A stretch of DNA of 64,000 bases from Promethearchaeota archaeon (lineage in GTDB: Archaea; Asgardarchaeota; Lokiarchaeia; Sigyniarchaeales; SOKP01). The notes under the pieces were generated by a model. It saw only the letters and a program-made list of their open reading frames with translations. It ran no database searches and was not told the origin of the DNA. The stretch is from the NCBI GenBank assembly GCA_011364975.1, contig RDOE01000002.1, forward strand, positions 37,188 through 101,187. Direction: 5' to 3'. Both the position numbers and the translations under genes were made by a program. Numbering within the stretch: position 1 is the stretch's first letter; each line of letters begins with the position of its first letter. This document shows positions 1-7,570 of the stretch, piece after piece.

Positions 1-1
1 A

Positions 2-313
2 ATTCCAGATGATGATGTTAAAACCAAAACCCCTGAACCTAAAGTAATTCAGGAAGGGAAAAAGATTTCAGTCTACTTCATGTCAACTATAGGTCCAGGT
101 GAAAAAAAGCAAAAACTGTTAATTAACACGGGAAATAAGGTTGGTGATGTAAAAGAAACCGCTGCAAATTTGTTTGGTTTAGATCCTGCTGACTTTCATT
201 TATCCTCGAGTGGGGTTACGATGGATGAAAATTCAAGCTTAAACGATTATAATATAGCTGATGGAGATGATATTCTTTTGATTCCGGCAAGCACCGCGGG
301 ATTAAAATGTTAA
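2..313 (+). CDS. Ubiquitin-like (beta-grasp) protein, paralogue 1; 5' end lies outside the window
   Basis: The frame is open from position 2 (IPDDDVKTKTPEPKVIQEGKKISVYFMSTIGPGEKK...), so the ATG at 80 is internal. Ubl pattern V.DVK...LFGLDP...L...G..MD...L.DYNI.DGD.ILLI, ending PASTAG-LKC. Near-identical core to 2171..2503. Confidence 0.85.
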   Translation: MPDDDVKTKTPEPKVIQEGKKISVYFMSTIGPGEKKQKLLINTGNKVGDVKETAANLFGLDPADFHLSSSGVTMDENSSLNDYNIADGDDILLIPASTAGLKC

Positions 314-330
314 TTAAATTTATAAAATAA

Positions 331-1152
331 TTAGCTTTTTCCATTAATTTTTTTTCTGGTAGGAATTAGAGCTAATTCATCATCATCTTCAATATTGTAG
401 TCAATAATTTTTAAATCATCATCTAACAAGATTCCTCCAGAGGAAATTAGAAAACCATCTGGATTATAATCAAATAAAACACCTATTTTCTGTTTGATTA
501 TATTTATCAATTCCGATGTATCAATTATCATTATTTTCGTTTTCTCACCAGGTTCAATTAATGATCGAACATAAACACGTATTTTCTCATCAATTTCAAC
601 AATTCTTTTTGGTGGGGTATAATTTATAGGATCGTCTGTGACACTTCTGTTTTTTATCATAGTTTCAATTAGTTGAATTCTCTCATCAGGATCGAAGTAT
701 AATAATTCTCTAATGAAAAAAATTTTATCCATTTTTGAAAGTCCCAATAGGTTTATTTTCTCTAAATCTTCTTTTTTAAATACAGAAAAGATATAGTCAT
801 TAATTTTTGGAATATCTTCAAATGATTCATTTGAATCAGCATAACTATCAATTAAAGGATTTGCCTCAAAGTAGTCTTCAATAAATTGATTAGCTAGATT
901 TTTTAATGATTTCTTTTGAGGTTGATATTTTTGTTGAGGTAGCGCTTTTTTCTTTCCTAAAAACTTATATGAGCTCTCTTTTGACTGAATAATGGTATAA
1001 GCAGTACTAGTAGATAATACAGCTACACTACTAATAGTTAAAAAGAGATATAAAGGAATACTCTCTACCCTCGAAAGGAACAATATTATATAAATACAAG
1101 TTACAACAATGTAGAGAGTTATTAAACCAAATGCTCTATTTTTATTTCTCAT
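331..1152 (-). CDS. Membrane-anchored protein (two N-terminal TM helices) with a C-terminal ubiquitin-like domain
   Basis: Two hydrophobic stretches at about aa 7-55. The last ~83 aa (IRVYVRSLIEPGEKTK...IKQKIGVLFDYNPDGFLISSGGILLDDDLKIIDYNIEDDDELALIP) align directly with the neighbouring Ubl paralogues. Confidence 0.8.
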   Translation of the reverse strand: MRNKNRAFGLITLYIVVTCIYIILFLSRVESIPLYLFLTISSVAVLSTSTAYTIIQSKESSYKFLGKKKALPQQKYQPQKKSLKNLANQFIEDYFEANPLIDSYADSNESFEDIPKINDYIFSVFKKEDLEKINLLGLSKMDKIFFIRELLYFDPDERIQLIETMIKNRSVTDDPINYTPPKRIVEIDEKIRVYVRSLIEPGEKTKIMIIDTSELINIIKQKIGVLFDYNPDGFLISSGGILLDDDLKIIDYNIEDDDELALIPTRKKINGKS

Positions 1153-1233
1153 AATTTTTATACTATTATTCTAAATTTCTAATGTATTATTCAAAATTTA
1201 AATTCCATTGGTATAAATCTGAAATTTTATAAC

Positions 1234-1905
1234 CTACTCACCCACAATAGAGTTCATTATTTTTGTATATTTCTCAGTATCTAATCTAAATAATATTCTT
1301 TTATTATCTTTTTCAACCTTTATAATCCTTAATTTATGAAGAATTTTAAGATACTTTTTAATTGTATTGTAATTCTTCTTTAAATTCTTCGCTAATTGGG
1401 TAGCTTTTAAGCTATTTTCTTCTTTTAACATAAATTCGATTATTTCTTGGATAATTACTTGTTTTAAATAATAAGATAACTCGTCGTATTCGGGATTTGA
1501 CTCATAGTGAAAGATTATTCTTTGATTATCAATTTTTTTTGATCTAGTAAATCCAAATTTTTCTAAGCAAGATAAATGCCATAATACTTGATTGCTACCA
1601 ATATTTATCGCTTTCATAATTTCATTGATATTGGCAGGTTGTTTCTTGATATAATTATAAATTTCATTTCTGATTGGATGTTCGATAATATTATTTTTCA
1701 TTAATTTAGTTCCTGGTATTAGGATTCTTTTTTTAATTAGTTTTTTTATAATTTTTTCAATACTATTTTTATTCAAATTTGGGTTAAATTTCACCCTATT
1801 ATTTATATAAACAACAATATCCTCAATTGAAAAAAATGGCTTCTTTTTTAAATACTCCTTTATTAGATCACAAACAATAGCTTGAAGGGTATCAGAAGAG
1901 CTCAT
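1234..1905 (-). CDS. Winged helix-turn-helix transcriptional regulator (tandem ArsR-like wHTH domains)
   Basis: Two HTH-like segments (RNEIYNYIKKQPANINEIMKAINIGSNQVLWHLSCLEKFG; ATQLAKNLKKNYNTIKKYLKILHKLRII). Divergent from the Ubl-E1-E2 operon. Confidence 0.8.
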   Translation of the reverse strand: MSSSDTLQAIVCDLIKEYLKKKPFFSIEDIVVYINNRVKFNPNLNKNSIEKIIKKLIKKRILIPGTKLMKNNIIEHPIRNEIYNYIKKQPANINEIMKAINIGSNQVLWHLSCLEKFGFTRSKKIDNQRIIFHYESNPEYDELSYYLKQVIIQEIIEFMLKEENSLKATQLAKNLKKNYNTIKKYLKILHKLRIIKVEKDNKRILFRLDTEKYTKIMNSIVGE

Positions 1906-2170
1906 AAACTTTAATTTTTTTTTGTTAAAATACCTTGATTTTTAAACTAAATCTTCTTTCTAAACAGTATTTCCAATAATTATATATTAATAAGCCTACA
2001 CTCAATTTATAAATATATTTTCCTAAGAATGCTTTTGAAACTTTAGTACTTATTTGAGAAATTTTTAATATTTCAAATTCATTCCAAATGGTTTTTTAAT
2101 ATCAGATTTGCGTGTTATTATTAAAAAATAAAATAAAATTAATATTTAAAAATATAAGAATGTGATTTGA

Positions 2171-2503
2171 ATGAGTTTTGACAACGATTTTGATGAAGAA
2201 TTAGAGCCTGTTAAATCTAAAACTCCATCAAGTAAAACACCCACAACAGGTAAAAAGTTGACTTTATACTTTATGTCAACTATTGGTCCTGGTGAAAAGA
2301 AAGAGAAATTAACAGTGAATGACGCTAACCGTGTAAGTGATATCAAACAAACATTAGGAAATTTATTTGGACTCGATCCTGATGAATTTCACCTTTCATC
2401 TGGTGGAGTAACTATGGATGAAAGTAATCAACTAAAAGATTATAATGTTAATGATGGCGATGATATCCTTCTGATCCCAGCGAGTACTGCGGGATACTTT
2501 TAA
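2171..2503 (+). CDS. Ubiquitin-like protein, paralogue 2, with an acidic/Ser-Thr-Lys N-terminal extension
   Basis: Beta-grasp pattern as in paralogue 1, ending PASTAG-YF. First gene upstream of E1-E2-JAMM-RING. Confidence 0.88.
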   Translation: MSFDNDFDEELEPVKSKTPSSKTPTTGKKLTLYFMSTIGPGEKKEKLTVNDANRVSDIKQTLGNLFGLDPDEFHLSSGGVTMDESNQLKDYNVNDGDDILLIPASTAGYF

Positions 2504-2529
2504 ATAATTCTTTTCATAAAATCTAATAT

Positions 2530-2564
2530 AAGGGCATTAAGCCCTTTAATTTTTTTATTTTTTT
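2530..2564 (+). terminator. Hairpin plus T-tract between the Ubl and E1 genes
   Basis: AAGGGC-ATTAA-GCCCTT (2530-2546) followed by TAATTTTTTTATTTTTTT. Confidence 0.55.
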
Positions 2565-2578
2565 GATTAACATTTAAG

Positions 2579-3811
2579 GTGATAATATTGGATAAGGATT
2601 CAGATTTTTTTGCAAAAGGAATGTCAGCGGAAGAGAGAGATCTGTATGATCGCCAATTTCGTTTAGAAGGATGGTCTCAGAAATTGGTAAAAAACTCGAG
2701 AGTCTTAATAGCAGGTGTTGGTGGATTAGGTTGTGAAATTGCAAAAAATCTAGCGATGTTAGGAGTAGGTCATTTAGATCTTGTTGATTTAGACATTATT
2801 GAGCATTCTAATTTAAATCGTCAAATTTTATTTACAGGCGCTAAGTTAGGGGCACCAAAAGCAATTGTCGCGGCTCAAAAATTAACCGAGATTAATCCAA
2901 ATATTGTTGTGAAAGGATATCATTCTTCTTTAGAACGGTTAGACCCTGCTTTATACTATGCTGCTGATGTTATTATTGGAGGCCTTGATTCAATGAATGC
3001 CCGCTTGAATTTAAATGCTCAGTGTATACGCTTTAGAAAGCCGTTTGTAGATGGTGGAGTATCTGGTTATCATGGGCATATGTATTCGATCTTTCCTTAT
3101 CAAAATGCTTGTTATGAATGTAATCCACTTCCAGTATCGGAAAGTGATGAAATGGCGGCCTGTACTGTAGTAGGGGTTCCTCGAAAACGTATTCATTGTC
3201 TTTTTAAAGGAGATATGGCCTTTAAAGAAAAATTTGATAGAGATCCAAATCCAAAAAATATAACAGATATTGAATTTATTCAAAAAGTTGCAAATGAATT
3301 AGTAAATAAACATAATTTCTTACCAGAATATACAATAGATGATATTGTTAAAATCATTAATCGCCACGATCCTGGGATCATCACGATTAATGCGGTAATA
3401 TCTGCTTTAGAATCTCATGAGGCTGTTAAAATATTGCATTGGAAAAAAGGTCATAAGGGTTTAGGACACCCTATTGCGAGTTATGTAATATTTAATGCAA
3501 TGACAATGAAACTTTATCACATAGAAAAGAAGAGAAATCCAGAATGTTCTCAATGTGGTAAAAATACAAGGCGTGTGGTCATAAAGATGAGAGCTCAATC
3601 ACCATGTTTGAATATAATTCGAACATTAAAAAAGAATGGGTTTGAATTAGAGCCTGAATTTGAACCAGTTCTAACCCTGCAAGATTATAATGATATCTTG
3701 GTTTTAGATTTAGAGCAGAGTTTGATTGAGAATGGTTTGAGGAATTACGAATTTTTAACTGTTGCAGGGTTTAAGGGTGGAGAAATTTATGTTACCTTAA
3801 AATTAATTTAA
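2579..3811 (+). CDS. Ubiquitin-like activating enzyme E1 (ThiF/UBA family)
   Basis: YDRQ, GVGGLG nucleotide loop, DLDIIEHSNLNRQ, Zn pairs CYEC and CSQC, catalytic-Cys motif ACTVVGVPRKRIHC (UBA2/UBA3-like), and a C-terminal extension that may be a ubiquitin-fold domain. Confidence 0.93.
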   Translation: MIILDKDSDFFAKGMSAEERDLYDRQFRLEGWSQKLVKNSRVLIAGVGGLGCEIAKNLAMLGVGHLDLVDLDIIEHSNLNRQILFTGAKLGAPKAIVAAQKLTEINPNIVVKGYHSSLERLDPALYYAADVIIGGLDSMNARLNLNAQCIRFRKPFVDGGVSGYHGHMYSIFPYQNACYECNPLPVSESDEMAACTVVGVPRKRIHCLFKGDMAFKEKFDRDPNPKNITDIEFIQKVANELVNKHNFLPEYTIDDIVKIINRHDPGIITINAVISALESHEAVKILHWKKGHKGLGHPIASYVIFNAMTMKLYHIEKKRNPECSQCGKNTRRVVIKMRAQSPCLNIIRTLKKNGFELEPEFEPVLTLQDYNDILVLDLEQSLIENGLRNYEFLTVAGFKGGEIYVTLKLI

Positions 3812-3903
3812 AGTTTAATTTAAAAATGATTGGTATCTAAAATTTATCAATAAAAGAAAAGTATGATAAAAAAATTATAATTATAATAAAAAAGGTTAAG
3901 AAA

Positions 3904-4431
3904 ATGAGTATAAGAAGTAGTCGGATTTCTCAAGATTTTGCAGGATTAAAAAAGTTACTCAAGGATGGTACTATTATTCAATTAAAACCTTTTAATCCAA
4001 AAAAGAAAAGCATTGATCATTTAGCAATTACGCTCAAAGGACCTAAAAATACAGCATATGCAGGAGGCTTGTTTAAATTGGAGATGAGTTTCCCTGCTCA
4101 ATATCCTAAGCAACCACCATTTGTAAGAATGCACACTCCGATATGGCATCCAAATTTTTGGCCAAAACCAAATGAATATAAGGGACAGAGAAATATTTGT
4201 TTAGCATTAGTGGATCCTTCTTTAGCAGGTAAAAAAGGAGGATGGAGTCCTTCAAAAACTGCTGTCACCATTGTTCAAGCCATAATTGCTATGTTAAATA
4301 CCAGTGGTAAATATGTAAATCCTACTGATGTGTTTAATAAGAAAGCTGCAATGGAAATGATGAAAGATCCAAAGTTTTTCGATAAAAAGGTTAAAAATTT
4401 AGTAAAGAAGTATGCAAAGGATAAATGGTGA
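3904..4431 (+). CDS. Ubiquitin-conjugating enzyme E2 (UBC fold)
   Basis: GPKNTAYAGGLFKLEMSFPAQYPKQPPFVRMHTPIWHPN...ICL...WSP; catalytic Cys retained. Confidence 0.93.
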   Translation: MSIRSSRISQDFAGLKKLLKDGTIIQLKPFNPKKKSIDHLAITLKGPKNTAYAGGLFKLEMSFPAQYPKQPPFVRMHTPIWHPNFWPKPNEYKGQRNICLALVDPSLAGKKGGWSPSKTAVTIVQAIIAMLNTSGKYVNPTDVFNKKAAMEMMKDPKFFDKKVKNLVKKYAKDKW

Positions 4432-4437
4432 ATCTAA

Positions 4438-5259
4438 ATGAATGAAGATGATAAGATTAGTATCTCGATTAAGGAAGCAGTTAAGCAAAAAATTAAAGAG
4501 AAAATTAAAAAAGAATTACTTGAAGAGATATATAATGAACTAAAGTTAGAAGAAGAATTAGAGGAAGAAATAACATTTGAGTTAATAGATACCAAACCGT
4601 TAGAACACTCAGAAAGTATTAAGGAAAAACTCGAACCCATTCCTATGGTGCCAGTAAAAACTACCGCTAATAGTGATAAAATTAAAGCACAAATTGTGAT
4701 AACTGTTAAAGCTGTTCTAAAGATCGCAAGTCATTCTTTAAAGTACGCTCACTCTAAAATTCCACGAGAAGATTGGGTTGAAGTGATCGGCTTGTTGGCA
4801 GGAAAATACGATAACGCAAAGGGAGTGTTATATGTTGAAGATGCTTATCCTATGGGTCATGGCACAGCTGTCTACGCAGAGATTAATGTTGAAAGGAATC
4901 GAAAGTCTGGTCATGAACGAGCGTATGAAGAAATTATCAAAAAGGGGTTATTCATTTGTGGATGGTATCATTCTCATCCTTCCTATGGTTGTTTTATGTC
5001 TAGAGAAGATTTAGGAACTCAAGCACGGTATCAAAAGTTATGGGATAAAGCTATAGCTTTAGTTATAGATCCATATCAAATTAATGGATTATCATTAGGA
5101 TTTGAAATATATCGTGCAAATTTTAAAACTAAAAAATGGTTTTCGGTACCTTTTGACATCAAGGGGTACTTAGACGTAAAAATGTTACCTGAGATATTAG
5201 ACTTTATGAATCCAATAATTGAGGGAAGAGCAGCCTATTTAGAATATGATGAAGAATAA
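4438..5259 (+). CDS. JAB1/MPN (JAMM) metalloprotease, Rpn11/CSN5-like deconjugase or Ubl-maturation protease
   Basis: EVIGLLAG...GWYHSHPSYGCFMSREDLGTQ...ALVIDP is an intact E-HxH-x7-S-x2-D motif. Charged N-terminal extension of about 80 aa. Confidence 0.93.
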   Translation: MNEDDKISISIKEAVKQKIKEKIKKELLEEIYNELKLEEELEEEITFELIDTKPLEHSESIKEKLEPIPMVPVKTTANSDKIKAQIVITVKAVLKIASHSLKYAHSKIPREDWVEVIGLLAGKYDNAKGVLYVEDAYPMGHGTAVYAEINVERNRKSGHERAYEEIIKKGLFICGWYHSHPSYGCFMSREDLGTQARYQKLWDKAIALVIDPYQINGLSLGFEIYRANFKTKKWFSVPFDIKGYLDVKMLPEILDFMNPIIEGRAAYLEYDEE

Positions 5260-5288
5260 TTTTTGAGTTGAAAGGGGTTAATTAAATC

Positions 5289-6485
5289 ATGGTAAAAAAG
5301 AAGGGAATAGCAATAATATTTATTCTATTTCTCCTAATAGGACTTATCCATGGTTTAATTTCAATTTCACTAAATATTTCTTTAACCTGGATATTAATTG
5401 GATTGTGGATAATAGTTTCCTTAAAAATTATAGAAAATATAAGAAGACATCGCGAGTTTAATTCTCCTCATAATACTGCCTTTTTTGTTGTAATCCCTTT
5501 ATTCATGGGGATTTTTTATTCCATTTGGGGGTATTTTACGGGTATTTTTGGAGAAAATCTTATCGAAGGTTCGAATCTTTATTTTAGTGGTTGGAGTCTT
5601 ATTTTTGGATTTCCTTATGTAACATATGGTTCCTACTCATTATATCGTTGCTTTAAGAAATATAATGTTATTTATTTTGGGGCAAAATCTATAAAAGCTA
5701 AGACTTTTGGATTTATTTTAGCTTTTGTGGTACTTAGCTTTATTATAACTTATTGGATAATATTTTATTCAATATTTGATTATTTTGAGACAATATTAAT
5801 ACCACTTCATTTGTCGTTAAATCTTAATCTTTTAATATTATTTATTAGTTCTATTTTAATATTAACTATATTTGGATTTTTTGCTTCACAGAGAACCCTA
5901 CCTGCATTAACTAATGATTATATAGAACAACGAACGAGAAAAATAAATTCTTTAGCGAATGCTTCACCGTCATCTTTGCCCAGAACTCAGAGACGACAAG
6001 TAACAAATAGACACTCAATCCAAACGCCCTCCAGTAAAACTGAAACTATTGCTTCAAGAACTCGAACTAATTCATCAAGAACTACTCCAACCTCTCAAAG
6101 AAAGACTCAAAGGACCAAGATAACTTATAAAACGAATTCAACAAGAAAAACCTCTGGAACATCACAAAATCGAGGAAAAAAAATGCGAAATTTAGATATA
6201 TACAAACCTATAGCAGCATTACTTTCACCAGAAGATTTTAAATGTATTTTCTGCTTTAAATTACCAAAACTCCCCGAAGATAGAAGTAGAGGTATCATTT
6301 TATGCCCAAATTGTAAATATCCTGCACATGCAGATGAGTTCAAAGATTGGGTAAGAACTTCGAATCTCTGTTCAAGATGCAGTACACCAATTTCCTCTAG
6401 CTTCAGAAACAATCCTAAAATTATTAGCGTAAAAAATTATATGGTAATTTATAAATACTTTTTAAACAAGAAAAATAAAAAATAG
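5289..6485 (+). CDS. Polytopic membrane protein with a C-terminal RING-like zinc finger; putative membrane E3 ligase
   Basis: About 6 TM segments in aa 1-200, a Ser/Thr/Arg-rich linker, then CIFC-x16-CPNC-x4-H-x2-E..W..CSRC (6243-6380). Last gene of the E1-E2-JAMM operon. Confidence 0.78.
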   Translation: MVKKKGIAIIFILFLLIGLIHGLISISLNISLTWILIGLWIIVSLKIIENIRRHREFNSPHNTAFFVVIPLFMGIFYSIWGYFTGIFGENLIEGSNLYFSGWSLIFGFPYVTYGSYSLYRCFKKYNVIYFGAKSIKAKTFGFILAFVVLSFIITYWIIFYSIFDYFETILIPLHLSLNLNLLILFISSILILTIFGFFASQRTLPALTNDYIEQRTRKINSLANASPSSLPRTQRRQVTNRHSIQTPSSKTETIASRTRTNSSRTTPTSQRKTQRTKITYKTNSTRKTSGTSQNRGKKMRNLDIYKPIAALLSPEDFKCIFCFKLPKLPEDRSRGIILCPNCKYPAHADEFKDWVRTSNLCSRCSTPISSSFRNNPKIISVKNYMVIYKYFLNKKNKK

Positions 6486-6504
6486 ATGTATGTCCTACTA
6501 AAAT

Positions 6505-7464
6505 TTAGTGGGGCAATTTTACGCTTTTGGTTAATTCTCCTATTGTAGTTTCTAATTCAGAGTATACGTTATGGGGGTGAATCGACTCATAACTTTCAAT
6601 TTTAAAAATTATTTTAAAATTGTCTTCTAAATTGGGAAAATTGCGTAAAATGAAATTTTTTGCCATTTCTCTTATAACATCCTCAGCAAATAGAGGCTTT
6701 AAATGAGCAGTTCTCACTAATTTTGCCTCTTCAGGTCGCTTTAAGACTGATTGCATTTTCCCACTCATTGATTCTTCGATTACATCAATTATATCTAAAA
6801 CATCAATTTTATGGTGGTTTAAATCTTTGATTTGCACAATAATTGTTCCCAATGATCTCTGATTATGAGAACTAAAAGGTAAAATATTTAGCAATTTTTT
6901 GACGATCTCAGGTGACAAGTCGATATCTTTTCTATTTTTAATGATTTCCTCAGCATATTCCTGGCTCATTTCCTTTGCACAAGGGCATACAGTCATTCCT
7001 AAAGCGCTCGCTCCGATATAATAATTGAAATCAACACTCTGATCTTCTTTCTTTATTGCTTTAACAGATGAACTTATATCATATGCCTTTTGAATAGTTC
7101 GTTGTTGGTCATCCTTAGCTAACACAATTATCTTTCCTTCAAGATTTACATGCACTTTTTCTGTATAAGGATGTTTTTCAAGCAATTTCCTAGCTATTCT
7201 ATCTCCAACCGCCTCAACTGAAGGTGTTGATTTAAAAATTACCTCATTAATTATCTCTTCAATTGTTTCTGAAGTTCTCGACATATGAATTCCTCTTTGT
7301 TGAGCAGGAAGGGAAATTAAAGCAGAAATTTTAGGATAAAAAGAATATTTTTTATTCTGTTGAACGATATCAACCTTTTTTTCAACACCTACAATACCCA
7401 CTTTATCAATTGATATATCAATAATGGACCCTGAATCTTGTAAATCTTTTTTAAATTGATGAAT
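6505..7464 (-). CDS. mptA: GTP cyclohydrolase MptA (FolE2/GCH-IB family)
   Basis: RGIHMSR, GMTVCPCA, SHNQR, LKRPEE, ESIHPHN motifs. The frame extends upstream of the GTG at 7401 (IHQFKKDLQDSGSIIDISIDKVGI) to an in-frame stop at 7465-7467, so the start is uncertain (ATT at 7464?). Confidence 0.88.
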   Translation of the reverse strand: MHQFKKDLQDSGSIIDISIDKVGIVGVEKKVDIVQQNKKYSFYPKISALISLPAQQRGIHMSRTSETIEEIINEVIFKSTPSVEAVGDRIARKLLEKHPYTEKVHVNLEGKIIVLAKDDQQRTIQKAYDISSSVKAIKKEDQSVDFNYYIGASALGMTVCPCAKEMSQEYAEEIIKNRKDIDLSPEIVKKLLNILPFSSHNQRSLGTIIVQIKDLNHHKIDVLDIIDVIEESMSGKMQSVLKRPEEAKLVRTAHLKPLFAEDVIREMAKNFILRNFPNLEDNFKIIFKIESYESIHPHNVYSELETTIGELTKSVKLPH

Positions 7465-7570
7465 TCATAACCACCGATTTTTTCTCTATTTATAAAGATA
7501 TCTCAATTTTTATAATATATATTCGATTATATTATTTTTTGAAATAATAGAAAAAGAATTGTAGTAACTC

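Noticed and set aside
80-313. 77-aa ORF starting at ATG 80 as the complete Ubl
   Set aside because: The frame is open to the window edge and the paralogue shows that the first beta-strand (KISVYF) precedes this Met.
2146-2346. Short ORFs antisense to or nested in real genes (e.g. 2146..2346, 3011..3283, 6125..6412, 11747..12085, 23620..23967, 35637..35987, 43247..43585)
   Set aside because: They are shadows of well-supported genes and show no motifs of their own.
2171-2503. Calling the Ubl a true UFM1, SUMO, SAMP or ThiS/MoaD orthologue
   Set aside because: Only architectural analogy is visible. There is no GG as in SAMP/ThiS/SUMO, and the E1 is not UBA5-like. Orthology needs profile searches.
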